Shown: in pieces, positions 46,714-56,801 of the stretch
Position numbering within the stretch: the first letter of the stretch is position 1
How the letters are laid out: every line of letters starts with the position of its first letter
NCBI GenBank assembly: GCA_039795775.1
Contig: JBDKLC010000005.1
Location: 379,958-443,957, forward strand
Reading direction: 5' to 3'
From: Candidatus Parcubacteria bacterium
Lineage (GTDB): Bacteria; Patescibacteriota; Minisyncoccia; Phycocordibacterales; CAIZLB01
DNA: 64,000 bases
Position numbers and translations under genes: made by a program
Notes under the pieces: generated by a model
Database searches by the model: none
The model's input: only the letters and a program-made list of their open reading frames with translations
Told to the model about the DNA's origin: nothing

Positions 46714-48402
46714 TTACATTTCAATATTTTCAGGTTCTGAGACAACGACACGAGATGTAAATCCAAGCTTCTGATGGAATGAATGCCATACTTCCGCAAT
46801 CTCTTCATTACGAAGCACTACGAATGTACAAACAGTGATAACAAGACCAACAATCGCTCCGCCTAGGCCCTGAAGGAAAATACCCGGGAGTGTGTTGAGA
46901 TTGAGGTAATCATCCAAAATATTGAGTGTAAGATACGCAGCAAATCCTCCAAGGATACCGGCTTGAAGACTACTAAAGAATGATGGCATTACTCTCGCAG
47001 TAAAGTTTCCGAATTCTTTTTGGAACATATACCAGAAGATAAGCGCGTTTATAATTGTTCCTAAAGTAAATCCAAGTGGAAGCATAATGATTCCCGATCC
47101 ATTGATACCTTCTATCTTGAACAAAGACTCAATAAAATATCTGAACATTTCTGAACCATTGAAAAGCTGGAGAAGGAAGAATGGCAAACTGATCGTGATA
47201 ATTGATGAAATAACATTTACGATAAGAGGTCGTCGAGTTTTTCCTGCCGCGTAATACGCTCGTACAAAAAGAATTTCAAGTCCTTGGGCAACAAGAGACA
47301 CAATAAACATAGCTACGCACGCAGCTGTGAGACGTGTGTGTTCCCAATTGAATGAACCTGAACCAAGAATCGTTCTCACGATCTGCGCTCGAAGCACAAT
47401 GAAGAGAACTGTGATCGGCACTGACCAAAATATAATATGCCGTGCCGCAAGTACCACATGATCAACAAACTTTTGAGTTTCCCCTTTTGCAAAATAACCT
47501 GACAGTGTTGGAAACGCTGCAAGAGCATAACTCACGGCAACAATAGAAAATGGTACTGACTGAAGGTTTGTAGCAAAGTTGAAGATCGCAATAGAGCCGA
47601 TGGTCAAATATGAAGCGTATGACGTAAGGAAAATAAGCTCAATCTGACTTGCTGAAAGTGTTATTGTTCGCGGAATAGAATGTATGAAAATGTTTTTAAC
47701 TACGCTCATATCAATATTGAATCTGATACGTGGAATCAAACCGAAACTTTGTACATATGGAATCTGAATAGCGAAGTGCATCAAACCTCCAATAACCACT
47801 CCCATCACTAAGCCCATGAGACCAAAATGAGGATACAACACGACGATACCGAAAATAATTGCGATGTTATAAAAGATTGGACTAATAGCGTAAATAATAA
47901 ATCGCTTACTAATCTGAGTAATAACACCCAAGAGGTTTGAAATTCCCAAACAAATTGGCTGGAGGAGCAGTACTCGAGAGAGCAAAATAACTTCCGCTTG
48001 TGCAGCAGGATCTGAAATACCCGGCAAGATAAATGTCACAATATGTGGCATCAAAAACCAGGCTATTGCTGAAATGACTATGATAATTGTCATGAATACC
48101 GTAAAGATTGTATCCATGAGTCTCGCCGCCTCTTCTTTTTTCTTTTCAAATATTTCTGTGAAGAACGGAATGAGAATAGAAATAGATACCAAAGAAGCTA
48201 CCGAGGCATAAATAAAATCAGGCACTCGGAAAGCTGCATAGTAGACGTCGAGTGTCTGACTCGCACCAAATGAATGTGCTAAAAGTCTGTCTCGGAAGAG
48301 AGCAAGAATAGACGAAAGCAAGGTAAAAAAACCAAGGAGAAAAGCTGCTTGATGAACACCAGCGATCTCCTGATGAATGAGTTGGATGAATTTCTTAACC
48401 AT
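46714..48402 (-). CDS. murJ: lipid II flippase MurJ
   Basis: 562 aa, about 14 TM helices, MviN/MurJ N-terminal pattern. Confidence 0.8.
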   Translation of the reverse strand: MVKKFIQLIHQEIAGVHQAAFLLGFFTLLSSILALFRDRLLAHSFGASQTLDVYYAAFRVPDFIYASVASLVSISILIPFFTEIFEKKKEEAARLMDTIFTVFMTIIIVISAIAWFLMPHIVTFILPGISDPAAQAEVILLSRVLLLQPICLGISNLLGVITQISKRFIIYAISPIFYNIAIIFGIVVLYPHFGLMGLVMGVVIGGLMHFAIQIPYVQSFGLIPRIRFNIDMSVVKNIFIHSIPRTITLSASQIELIFLTSYASYLTIGSIAIFNFATNLQSVPFSIVAVSYALAAFPTLSGYFAKGETQKFVDHVVLAARHIIFWSVPITVLFIVLRAQIVRTILGSGSFNWEHTRLTAACVAMFIVSLVAQGLEILFVRAYYAAGKTRRPLIVNVISSIITISLPFFLLQLFNGSEMFRYFIESLFKIEGINGSGIIMLPLGFTLGTIINALIFWYMFQKEFGNFTARVMPSFFSSLQAGILGGFAAYLTLNILDDYLNLNTLPGIFLQGLGGAIVGLVITVCTFVVLRNEEIAEVWHSFHQKLGFTSRVVVSEPENIEM

Positions 48403-48423
48403 GCACGTATATTACCCTATTAT

Positions 48424-50586
48424 CTATCGTTTAGTACTTGTTGATGATGTTGAATTTGCTGACGAAGTCGAAGAGGCTGTAGATGTAGCTTTTGGAGTTG
48501 TTACAGGCCCTGCTGTTCCAGGCTTGAGTGATTGAATCTGGCTCAAGAGAGAAAGAGCTTCGCTGAAATCAGCTTTCTTCAGGAGAGCTTGCTGAAGTTG
48601 ATCTGTTGCTCCTTTAGCATCTTGGGCATAGGCAAACAGTCGAGCAATAAGAAGGTCTGGGAGCGGACTTGTTGGATTCAAAACTTTTGCCTGTTCGTAT
48701 GCTTGTTTAGCGAGAATACCTGACCCATCTACCCCGAGGAGTCCAGCACTTTCATAAATAGATCCTAAAAGAATCCAGTTTTGATAGTTTGATGGATTTA
48801 CTACAAGCGCAGCTTCTCGTGAAGCGAGCAACGCATCGTTCAAGAACGTAGCATTCTTTTCTGTAAGCTCAGCTTTTTTTGATTGTTCGAATACTTGTCG
48901 AAGCTGGAGAAGTCGGAATTGTGAGAAGGATCGGAGATACGCATCATTCAAATCTTTTTGAAGTGCCATCGCTAAATACTTTTCTGCTGTAGGTATATCT
49001 CCACCGTTTGCAGATTGAATAGCTTTATTCATATTGAGTGAAGCAGCGAAATGTCGTGTCCAAGTAAATGCAACTGCAATCGCTGCAATCATAATGATGA
49101 TTGAGAACAACACAGCAACGAATCCTTTTTTCTGATTTGAAATCCAACTGAATTCACTTGTAGTCAAAATATTTTCTCTATAGAGAGACGCAAAGAGAAG
49201 ACCTGTAAAGAAGAATGCGAGAAGAAGGATAACAGGACCAGTCACTGTAAGGAATGCCATTAACCACAAATATCCAGATGCGAGGAGTGACGATACGATA
49301 AGGTACTGAGAGAATTTATCTTTGAGGCCAGCAAACGCTCCCTTCCAACCATAGAAGAATACAATTCCTAGGAAGAAGAGCCATGCCAAGAATCCTAAGA
49401 TACCTGTTGTAACAAAGAATGTTGGAATATATCCAGAACCGTAGTTGAAGTCTGTATTCCAGAATATAGTGTTATTTACAGCTCCTGGTTTAAAAAGAGC
49501 CCATGATGCAAAGAATCTATTTGGACCTACACCAAAGAGCGCATCGACTACTCCGGATTCTACTACTTTTGCTCCAACTTGAAATGTCGCATTAAGTGTT
49601 GGTCGAACATCAACTACTTCTGTTTGTGAAATACCAATTTTTTCATAAAGAAATGCTGTAATTGGTTGAGCTCCAATAGTAAACACAACAGCAAATACCA
49701 ACACAATAAATGATGGAATTGGAAGATTGTATTTCTTTTTTAGAGCAGGTGCTCCGTCTACGCCGTCTGTCTTTCGAGACTGCTTATAATTCGCAGATAC
49801 TGTATACACAAACACAAAAAGTGCTACGAGTCCGACAATGACTGTGGCAGGAACAGCAAATAATGTTGAATCAAAGAATGTATAGAAGTTTGCAATTCCA
49901 AGGAGGATCAAAGAAAGGACAAGTACTGCAGAAAGAATCCATTTGAATGCTTTACTAAGTGTAACCAACTCAAGAGTGATGAAAGAAAGAATTACTCCAA
50001 GACCAGCATATGCACCGAAATCATTCCATGCACCAACAGTGTTTGAAGCCATTGTTGGCAAAAGGGTCTGAAGACCAAGGAAGTTTACACCCATAGCAAA
50101 TCGTAAGAGATGAACTACTGCGATAACAATGAATCCAACGAAGAATGTGAGATACGCTGTGAACACTCGCTGTTTTGTAGAAAAGAGATATGAACAAAGA
50201 ATAACAAGAAGAAAACCAAGTGATAGGAAGTACACTGTATCGAATTCAAAACCAAGTCCGATAAGACCACCAGATACATGAGGTGATGTGAGTGCAGCAA
50301 ATGCTGTTACAACAGGAACAGCAAATAGTGCAATGAGAACTTTTCGAGGTTTGAGGAGAAGAGAACCTTCACTTACAGATTGAGCCAAGAAAAGAATGCA
50401 TGCCGCAAGAATAGAGTATGTAGCTAGAGCAATTTTTACATAACTAAATCCGATGAGTGATTGTGGTAACACCAAGAGCGGAATGAGTCCGACAAATGCG
50501 CTGATAATGATAAGTGATAATTTTTCAAAAATAGAAGTTTTTTGAGATTTTGGCTGTTCTTCAATGTTCATTGTTGTAGGTTCCAT
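48424..50586 (-). CDS. O-antigen ligase/polymerase-like polytopic membrane protein with C-terminal TPR repeats and S/T-rich tail
   Basis: 720 aa, more than 12 TM helices, then TPR-like helical repeats and a ...TSTASSTSSANSTSST tail. Confidence 0.5.
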   Translation of the reverse strand: MEPTTMNIEEQPKSQKTSIFEKLSLIIISAFVGLIPLLVLPQSLIGFSYVKIALATYSILAACILFLAQSVSEGSLLLKPRKVLIALFAVPVVTAFAALTSPHVSGGLIGLGFEFDTVYFLSLGFLLVILCSYLFSTKQRVFTAYLTFFVGFIVIAVVHLLRFAMGVNFLGLQTLLPTMASNTVGAWNDFGAYAGLGVILSFITLELVTLSKAFKWILSAVLVLSLILLGIANFYTFFDSTLFAVPATVIVGLVALFVFVYTVSANYKQSRKTDGVDGAPALKKKYNLPIPSFIVLVFAVVFTIGAQPITAFLYEKIGISQTEVVDVRPTLNATFQVGAKVVESGVVDALFGVGPNRFFASWALFKPGAVNNTIFWNTDFNYGSGYIPTFFVTTGILGFLAWLFFLGIVFFYGWKGAFAGLKDKFSQYLIVSSLLASGYLWLMAFLTVTGPVILLLAFFFTGLLFASLYRENILTTSEFSWISNQKKGFVAVLFSIIIMIAAIAVAFTWTRHFAASLNMNKAIQSANGGDIPTAEKYLAMALQKDLNDAYLRSFSQFRLLQLRQVFEQSKKAELTEKNATFLNDALLASREAALVVNPSNYQNWILLGSIYESAGLLGVDGSGILAKQAYEQAKVLNPTSPLPDLLIARLFAYAQDAKGATDQLQQALLKKADFSEALSLLSQIQSLKPGTAGPVTTPKATSTASSTSSANSTSSTSTKR

Positions 50587-50669
50587 CCCTCTATTATAGT
50601 TGATTGACGGTCTTACTACAATAAAAAGACGGCCTTAACTGGTGATAATTCATCGTTTTAAAAGCTTGG

Positions 50670-50699
50670 TTGAATTTATCTGAAATACGTGATATAATA
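50670..50699 (+). promoter_or_regulatory. sigma70-like promoter for rnpB (TTGAAT-N18-TATAAT)
   Basis: -35 TTGAAT at 50670-50675 and -10 TATAAT at 50694-50699, which places the TSS at the predicted P1 start. Confidence 0.5.
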
Positions 50700-50701
50700 T
50701 A

Positions 50702-51104
50702 CTCGTTCGTATCGGATAGTTGCTGATATTCTTTACTGAATGTCAGAGGAAAGTCCGAACACTTCCCTTTTCTACTTCGGTAGATCATGGAGCCAGGTAG
50801 CGGGTAACGCCCGTCTGGAGCAATTCAAGAGGTGCGAGCAGTGACGTGATGTTCCGAAAGGAATATCAGGTCCATCAGCGAAAGTTGGTGGATCAATCTT
50901 TAGACATAAGCTTGTCGAAACTAAAGAGTGAAACGGCAAAATCCTTACCCGAGTGCAAGGCCGTACTTTGTATCATTCTTCGGAACGATACACTGGGTGC
51001 CGCTCGAGCCACACAGCAATGGGTGGCCCAGATAAATAACTATCGGTTTGCGTTTGTAGCTTCTACAACAAATGCGAACTACAGAATTCGGCTTATAGAT
51101 ACGA
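50702..51104 (+). ncRNA. rnpB: RNase P RNA (bacterial type, divergent)
   Basis: P4 5' strand AGAGGAAAGUCCG (50745-50757) and 3' strand ACAGAAUUCGGCUUAUAG (51080-51097). GCCAGGUA...GGUAACGCC module and AGUGAAACGGC. P1 pairing CGTTCGTATC(50704)/GATACGAACAC(51091). Terminator at 51117-51152. Confidence 0.75.
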
Positions 51105-51170
51105 ACACATAAATCAAAACAGCCAGCGTAAGCTGGCTGTTTTGCTATTTTCATATATCATTTAGCTTAT

Positions 51171-51599
51171 ATGGCAAAATTCAACCACCAAGCTTTAGGA
51201 CTCACAGGAGACAAGCCTCTCGTATATACTGCAATGTCTAAGCATCTGTTTTACTTCCGTATGTTTATTTCAAAATTTGTATTAGAGCAAGGAGGCATTC
51301 CTCTTAACCCATTCATGGTGTTCGACTATTTCTTATTAGACAGTATCGATCGAGATATAGTTCGTGAAGGAAACAACAACCTCGTAAAACGTGCAGATGA
51401 AATTTGGGTATTTGGGTCTATCAGTGATGGCGTTCTTGCTGAAATTAAAATAGCTCAAGCCACTAAAAGAACAGTTCGTTATTTCATTGTTGAAAAATCT
51501 CGTACAATTAAAGAAGTTAGTGGAGAGCAAATGAAGTTTGAAGAAGAAATCGAACAGCATCGTGATGAATTCTTAAAAAGCATTTCTATTTCTCACTAA
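51171..51599 (+). CDS. hypothetical protein, possibly nucleoside 2-deoxyribosyltransferase-like (DUF4406-type)
   Basis: 142 aa. IWVFGSISDGVLAEIKIAQATKR resembles the Rossmann-like deoxyribosyltransferase fold. Low certainty. Confidence 0.35.
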   Translation: MAKFNHQALGLTGDKPLVYTAMSKHLFYFRMFISKFVLEQGGIPLNPFMVFDYFLLDSIDRDIVREGNNNLVKRADEIWVFGSISDGVLAEIKIAQATKRTVRYFIVEKSRTIKEVSGEQMKFEEEIEQHRDEFLKSISISH

Positions 51600-51601
51600 A
51601 T

Positions 51602-51637
51602 AAAAAAACACCCCGTCTGTACGGGGTGTTTTTTGTT
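51602..51637. terminator. bidirectional terminator between 51171..51599 and nrdJ
   Basis: AAAAAAACACCCCG-tctgta-CGGGGTGTTTTTTG. Confidence 0.75.
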
Positions 51638-51660
51638 TAAAGAGAGCTTACGCTGAATTT

Positions 51661-54030
51661 TTAAGCTGACTTTGCTACCTGAGGTACTTCGTCGATTTCG
51701 CACGCACCACCAGCACAAGCCAATTCTTTTTTGAGGTCGATGTTTTCGTTTGTCTTCTCGTAAAGAACGATCTTTGAGTAGTCGATGTGTTCGTATCGCT
51801 TCAAGAGTTCTTCATACTGCTCTTTTGTACATTCTTCGTATGGAGCAAGCTGATATACGTGTTCTGATCGAGGAAGGAATGAAAGACCACCGATGTGTTC
51901 CCAGTTTTTGTATACCCAGTTACCCGCTTCAATCCATTCATCAGCACCGATAGAAATTGTCGCTGACGGGTTGTGGTCTGTGAAGTTAAGTTTTACATTC
52001 TTCCAGAACTCGAGCTGGTCGATAGCTGAAAGGTCATCTTTGAACTTTGAGCCTTCTGGTGCCTTCACAGGGAAGTCGATTACGAATGTAGTAGCTGTTT
52101 CAGCATTCTGCCCCACTTCTGGACTAAATGGTACTCCTTGATCCTTGAGCATCTGGAAGAGAGCGTCTGTTGCAGAGATTCGAATTCGTCGGATGTAATA
52201 TGGAGCGTGTCGAGCGTGGATACCAGATGAACAATCTACAGTCTGTGATGTGTTTCCTGATGGCTTCACACATGTGATCGCTGTTGATGGATTTACACCA
52301 AATCGTTTTGCATAGAGTTTGTTTACTCGTTCTGCTTCAGCTCGAAGCTTTCGAAGAACTTCTGGCTTTCGTACTACTGGAGAATCCCACATACCAGAGA
52401 TAGATACACCGAGGAGTCGTTCTTCTTCACAGTTTTCCTTCCATTCTTTTGAAAGATAAATGAAGTTTGTAAATGTTGACTGATAGGTACCGAGGATTGC
52501 AGCTACTTTGATCTTTCGCATAAGTGACGCTTCTGTATCTTCGTGTCGTGCAATCACTTCTGAAAGGTTACAGAACTGCTTTGGTCGAAGAATAATTTCT
52601 CCGCAAGGGTTTGTACCAAATCGGTCAAACCATGCAGCTGAAATTTTCTTTCGTCGGTCAGGAATAGATGTTCGAAGACTACCTCGGTTGAAAATACCTG
52701 GTTCGCCAGATCCAGCCTTTACGAGCTGTGTCCAGTTTTCGAGGAATGTCGCACTATCTGGTCGTGTCATATAGATAGCAGAGTTGTTTGCGAGTGCTCG
52801 CTGTGGCTCTACTGCCCAGAACTGGCCATTTTTTGCGTCTCGAATGTCTGTATTTGAAAGTTCGAAAAGAGAAATAAGAGCTGTTCGTCGTACGCCTCCT
52901 GATACTACCCCTTCACCGATCTTACAGATCATATCGTGAGCATCGAGGTTACTGAGGTGACCTCCCTGTCGTGCGAGAATCTTTGTTCGGAAGAAGTTAT
53001 GAATATCGATGAGTGGCTGTGGACCTGAACTCTTTCCACCTGTTGTCACGAGTCGAGCACCAGATGGTCGAAGGAGTGAGTAGTCTACTTTTACATCGTT
53101 ACCGTTGAACCATTGTTCCATAACGAATGCGAGTGAGTCAGACCAACCTTCTCGTGAATCTTGTACTGTGTACTCAATAACTTTACCTGTCTGATACTTG
53201 ATCTGTGGAAGAGCCTGAATGTTTTCACTTTCTACTGAGAACCCTACGCCGCATCCTGACATAGAGAGGAACATAATTTCAGCAAAGTCCTGGAATGATC
53301 GAGGAGCTGTAAACGAACAGTTATAGGCTGAGGCATGATTTCGTCGAGCTGCTGCACCAGAGAACTGGATGAGTCGCATAGAAGGAACGGCTTCGTGTCG
53401 GAGAATAGTTTCTCGAACTTCCTTGTATTCTGTATCCTTGAGTTTGTCACCGAGGTTTTCCTGCATGAAAGCCATGTATCGGTCTACTGTTTCTACCCAA
53501 GTTTCTCGTCGGACTTCTTCATCACTCCATCGAGAGTATGTTCGGTAGTACACCAATTCACCAAGAGGGTTTCGGAAATATTTTTTACTTTCAGCGGCAA
53601 GTTGCTTAACTTTTTCAGGTACCTGGATGTTCTTTTCTCGAATCTTTGCATGTTCTGCTCGATACAAGATATATGACTTCGCAGTTCTGATGTATTCAGA
53701 AAGAATAAGCTCGTTTTCAACGATATTTTGGATACCTTCTACGTCTGGAAGGAAGTTCTTGAACTTCTTCGAGATTCGAACGAGTTCGGCATACACTTTA
53801 TTTGCCACCATTTCGGCTTCTTCCCAAGATCCTTCACCTGTAGCAATCATTGCCTTGTGGATGGCACTGATTACTCGGTTGAGGTCGAAGGCAACGATTT
53901 CGCCACTTCGCTTGTGAACTCGTTTTACGAGGAGTTCTCTCTTACTCTCTGATTTCGATTCAACTTTTTCTACTTTAGTCTCTACTTTCTTTTCGACTAC
54001 CTTCTTTTTTGATTTTTTTGCCTTAGCCAT
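51661..54030 (-). CDS. nrdJ: adenosylcobalamin-dependent (class II) ribonucleotide reductase with N-terminal ATP-cone
   Basis: ATP-cone (VHKRSGEIVAFDLNRVISAI), thiyl-radical loop GTNPCGEI, C-terminal redox Cys pair CAGGACE. Confidence 0.75.
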   Translation of the reverse strand: MAKAKKSKKKVVEKKVETKVEKVESKSESKRELLVKRVHKRSGEIVAFDLNRVISAIHKAMIATGEGSWEEAEMVANKVYAELVRISKKFKNFLPDVEGIQNIVENELILSEYIRTAKSYILYRAEHAKIREKNIQVPEKVKQLAAESKKYFRNPLGELVYYRTYSRWSDEEVRRETWVETVDRYMAFMQENLGDKLKDTEYKEVRETILRHEAVPSMRLIQFSGAAARRNHASAYNCSFTAPRSFQDFAEIMFLSMSGCGVGFSVESENIQALPQIKYQTGKVIEYTVQDSREGWSDSLAFVMEQWFNGNDVKVDYSLLRPSGARLVTTGGKSSGPQPLIDIHNFFRTKILARQGGHLSNLDAHDMICKIGEGVVSGGVRRTALISLFELSNTDIRDAKNGQFWAVEPQRALANNSAIYMTRPDSATFLENWTQLVKAGSGEPGIFNRGSLRTSIPDRRKKISAAWFDRFGTNPCGEIILRPKQFCNLSEVIARHEDTEASLMRKIKVAAILGTYQSTFTNFIYLSKEWKENCEEERLLGVSISGMWDSPVVRKPEVLRKLRAEAERVNKLYAKRFGVNPSTAITCVKPSGNTSQTVDCSSGIHARHAPYYIRRIRISATDALFQMLKDQGVPFSPEVGQNAETATTFVIDFPVKAPEGSKFKDDLSAIDQLEFWKNVKLNFTDHNPSATISIGADEWIEAGNWVYKNWEHIGGLSFLPRSEHVYQLAPYEECTKEQYEELLKRYEHIDYSKIVLYEKTNENIDLKKELACAGGACEIDEVPQVAKSA

Positions 54031-54209
54031 AAGCCGTTCTAAGTTAACTTTATAAGTACTATTTGATAATTTGCACGTTGCGCTGTAAAAAATATTTTTA
54101 CGAACCTAATTGTACTCCACTACCCCCCTCAAAATGCCTGTGGATAACTGAAAAAAATATAGCTGAATACAGTTTTGGTTGATTGTAAAATGCGTACGAC
54201 AAACGCGCG

Positions 54210-54755
54210 CTAGTTTGAGGCATTTTTGAGAATGTTTGTATCAAAAATTAAGAGGTCTCCCGTTTTTATTTTTAAATTTTTAACGGTCCCATCTGCTACT
54301 TCAACGACAACACGGGCTGGTGCTGTTGGGATGAATGCTTGAGGAGGATTTTTGAAGAATGAATCGGGCGTAGCATGCTCTTGAATGTATACGATAGAGC
54401 CATTTTCATCAGCCCAAATGATGTCTATAGAAAACTTCATGTCTTTCATCCAAAATCCATAATTGCCGTTTGTAGGAAAGACAAAGAGCATAGCTTCGTT
54501 GGAGCCCAGACATTCCCTTCCACTCAATCCTTGTTCTCGGAGCGCTGCTGTAGCTACTACGTCGGCAGCAAATGCTGTACCATTTATAAAAAGTGAGACA
54601 GTAGATGACGCTGCATTTTGAGCTAGCTTATCTGCTTGCTTGGGTGTCAGAGGATAGCTACTAAATCCAAGCCAAAGGCCTCCGACAATAGCAACAAAAG
54701 CGACCCCCAAAATGAGAATCGCTTTTGTTGTTCTGTTTTGAGACAGAGAAAACAC
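54210..54755 (-). CDS. DUF192 domain protein
   Basis: MLFVFPTNGNYGFWMKDMKFSIDIIWADENG matches the DUF192/COG1430 signature. Confidence 0.7.
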   Translation of the reverse strand: MFSLSQNRTTKAILILGVAFVAIVGGLWLGFSSYPLTPKQADKLAQNAASSTVSLFINGTAFAADVVATAALREQGLSGRECLGSNEAMLFVFPTNGNYGFWMKDMKFSIDIIWADENGSIVYIQEHATPDSFFKNPPQAFIPTAPARVVVEVADGTVKNLKIKTGDLLIFDTNILKNASN

Positions 54756-54764
54756 GAAAATAGA

Positions 54765-55001
54765 TTATTTACTTTCTACGTTGCACACACCTTTCTTGTG
54801 GTCACATTCTTCGTGACAGTTGCAACTCTGTGAGCCCCAGAAACCTCGCTTCCAGCAGCATCCTTTTCGGAGCACCATCCATGCACCAACTACGATGAGT
54901 GCAATTGGCCATACAATACTCATTGTCTGTGAAGTCAAAAGACCTGTGTTGTTGAGAAGAGCTAATAAACCAAGAATGATAAGAACAATTCCAAATCGCA
55001 T
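54765..55001 (-). CDS. small membrane protein with Cys-rich cytoplasmic tail
   Basis: 78 aa. Two TM helices, then KGCCWKRGFWGSQSCNCHEECDHKKGVCN (8 Cys and 2 His in 30 aa). Confidence 0.45.
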   Translation of the reverse strand: MRFGIVLIILGLLALLNNTGLLTSQTMSIVWPIALIVVGAWMVLRKGCCWKRGFWGSQSCNCHEECDHKKGVCNVESK

Positions 55002-55082
55002 GTAGATTAAATTATGTTGATGATAACGAATATAAGTATATCAAGATACACTCAGATTGAAATAGCAAACCTGTTGATTAGT

Positions 55083-55502
55083 TTATTTTTTGTCTGATGT
55101 ATCTTCTATCGGTGCGAGCTCAAGTGAGCATGAGTTCATACAGTATCGCTTCCCTGTTGAATCTCTTGGTCCATCATCAAACACATGTCCGAGGTGTGCA
55201 CCACATCGAGCACATGTTACTTCGACGCGACTCATACCGTGACTTGTATCTTCTACAAAATGCACATGTTCTTTGTTGATTGGATCATCAAACGATGGCC
55301 ATCCAGTACCTGAGTCAAACTTTGTATCTGACGAGAAAAGTTCAAGCCCACAGTTTGAACATTTATATACGCCTCTTTTGTGTTCATTCCAGTACTTTCC
55401 AGTAAATGCTGCTTCAGTACCCTTTTCTCGAGTGACACTGTAGACCTCAGGATCAAGTTCTTTCTTCCACTCTTCATTTGATTTGTTTAATTGATCAACC
55501 AT
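55083..55502 (-). CDS. msrB: peptide-methionine (R)-S-oxide reductase
   Basis: Two CxxC zinc pairs (CSNCG, CARCG) and the GHVFDDGP catalytic region. Confidence 0.9.
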   Translation of the reverse strand: MVDQLNKSNEEWKKELDPEVYSVTREKGTEAAFTGKYWNEHKRGVYKCSNCGLELFSSDTKFDSGTGWPSFDDPINKEHVHFVEDTSHGMSRVEVTCARCGAHLGHVFDDGPRDSTGKRYCMNSCSLELAPIEDTSDKK

Positions 55503-55589
55503 AGGTAGTAGATTATTGTTTATATCTGTATTTATATCATTATTCCTCTATCCACACGAGTATTTCGAGACATACCGTATACTTGTGAT

Positions 55590-56057
55590 ATGCAGACGTC
55601 AACATCATTCAATCAATTTTTTAAATTCGCCATTGTTGGTGTTGTTAATACAGGAATTGACCTGGCTGTACTCAATGGCCTTATTGCTCTTTTTGGTCTC
55701 AGTAAAGGCGATTGGAAATACGTCTTATATAAAGCTATTTCTTTTCTATTCGCAGTTACAAACAGTTTCATTCTAAATAAATTTTGGGTCTTCAACTATA
55801 CAAAAGACGAATCTGTATCTGGACATCTGCACAAGGAAATTACTTCTTTTGTTACGGTTAGTGTAATCGGCATTATTATAAATACGGCGATTTCTACAAT
55901 CGTATTTACAAGTGCACATACTATTGTTCCTTCAGTATCTACATCAACTTGGGCAACTGTATCAGCTCTAGCCGGTACTTGTGCGGTGCTCATTTCAAAC
56001 TTTTTTGGATATAAGTTTTGGGTATTTAAAAAAAGAATTACTAGTCTTCACAGTTAA
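55590..56057 (+). CDS. GtrA-family membrane protein
   Basis: FFKFAIVGVVNTGIDLAVLNGL GtrA signature and 4 TM helices. Confidence 0.75.
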   Translation: MQTSTSFNQFFKFAIVGVVNTGIDLAVLNGLIALFGLSKGDWKYVLYKAISFLFAVTNSFILNKFWVFNYTKDESVSGHLHKEITSFVTVSVIGIIINTAISTIVFTSAHTIVPSVSTSTWATVSALAGTCAVLISNFFGYKFWVFKKRITSLHS

Positions 56058-56078
56058 TAAATACGTTATCAAGATTGT

Positions 56079-56801
56079 ATGTTTCTATCTATTATCATTC
56101 CCTGCTACAACGAAGAGCAACGAATCAAAAAGACGCTCACTCGTATTAATGAATACTTGTCTCATCAACAGTATGAATCAGAGGTGATAGTTGTCGATAA
56201 TGGATCAACAGATACGACAAAAGCAATTGTCGAAGCATACATATCGGATATGAAGAACCTCCGAATTATTTCTAAAAAAAGTTATGGCAAAGGGTGGGCA
56301 GTAAAACAAGGAATGATTGAAGCAACCGGTGAATATCGATTATTCACAGATGCTGACAATTCTACTGATATCGCTCACCTCGATACCTTCCTACCCGTAG
56401 CACAGCACGAAGGATATGATGTCGTTATAAGTTCTCGACGAGTAGCTGGAGCAACAATTGCTCATCCACAACCTTGGCACAGACGAATACTCAGCAATAT
56501 GTTTGCATTCATCGTACGAAGTACTATGCCACTTGGTATCAAAGATACTCAAAATGGCTTCAAATTATTTTCAAAAAAAGCTGCAAAAAAGATATTTTCA
56601 ATGCAGACTATTTATTACTGGGCATTTGATGTTGAAATTCTTGCTCTAGCAAAAAAGTTTGACTTCCGAATAAAAGAGGTGCCGATTAAATGGATGAATG
56701 ACGAGGACAGCAAAATGAATTTCAAAGGTATGGCTCGTATGCTTCTTGAAGTGATCACAATTCGTTTTCGAATGATGACCAACAGCTATACTAACCGTTA
56801 A
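56079..56801 (+). CDS. family-2 glycosyltransferase (GtrB/DPM1-like polyprenyl-phosphate sugar transferase)
   Basis: LSIIIPCYNEE, VVDNGSTD, and the DXD motif in FTDADN. Confidence 0.8.
   Translation: MFLSIIIPCYNEEQRIKKTLTRINEYLSHQQYESEVIVVDNGSTDTTKAIVEAYISDMKNLRIISKKSYGKGWAVKQGMIEATGEYRLFTDADNSTDIAHLDTFLPVAQHEGYDVVISSRRVAGATIAHPQPWHRRILSNMFAFIVRSTMPLGIKDTQNGFKLFSKKAAKKIFSMQTIYYWAFDVEILALAKKFDFRIKEVPIKWMNDEDSKMNFKGMARMLLEVITIRFRMMTNSYTNR

Noticed and set aside
50846-51154. ORFs 50846..51112 (+) and 50945..51154 (-) from the six-frame track
   Set aside because: They lie entirely within the RNase P RNA gene. The GC-rich structured RNA generates spurious open frames.
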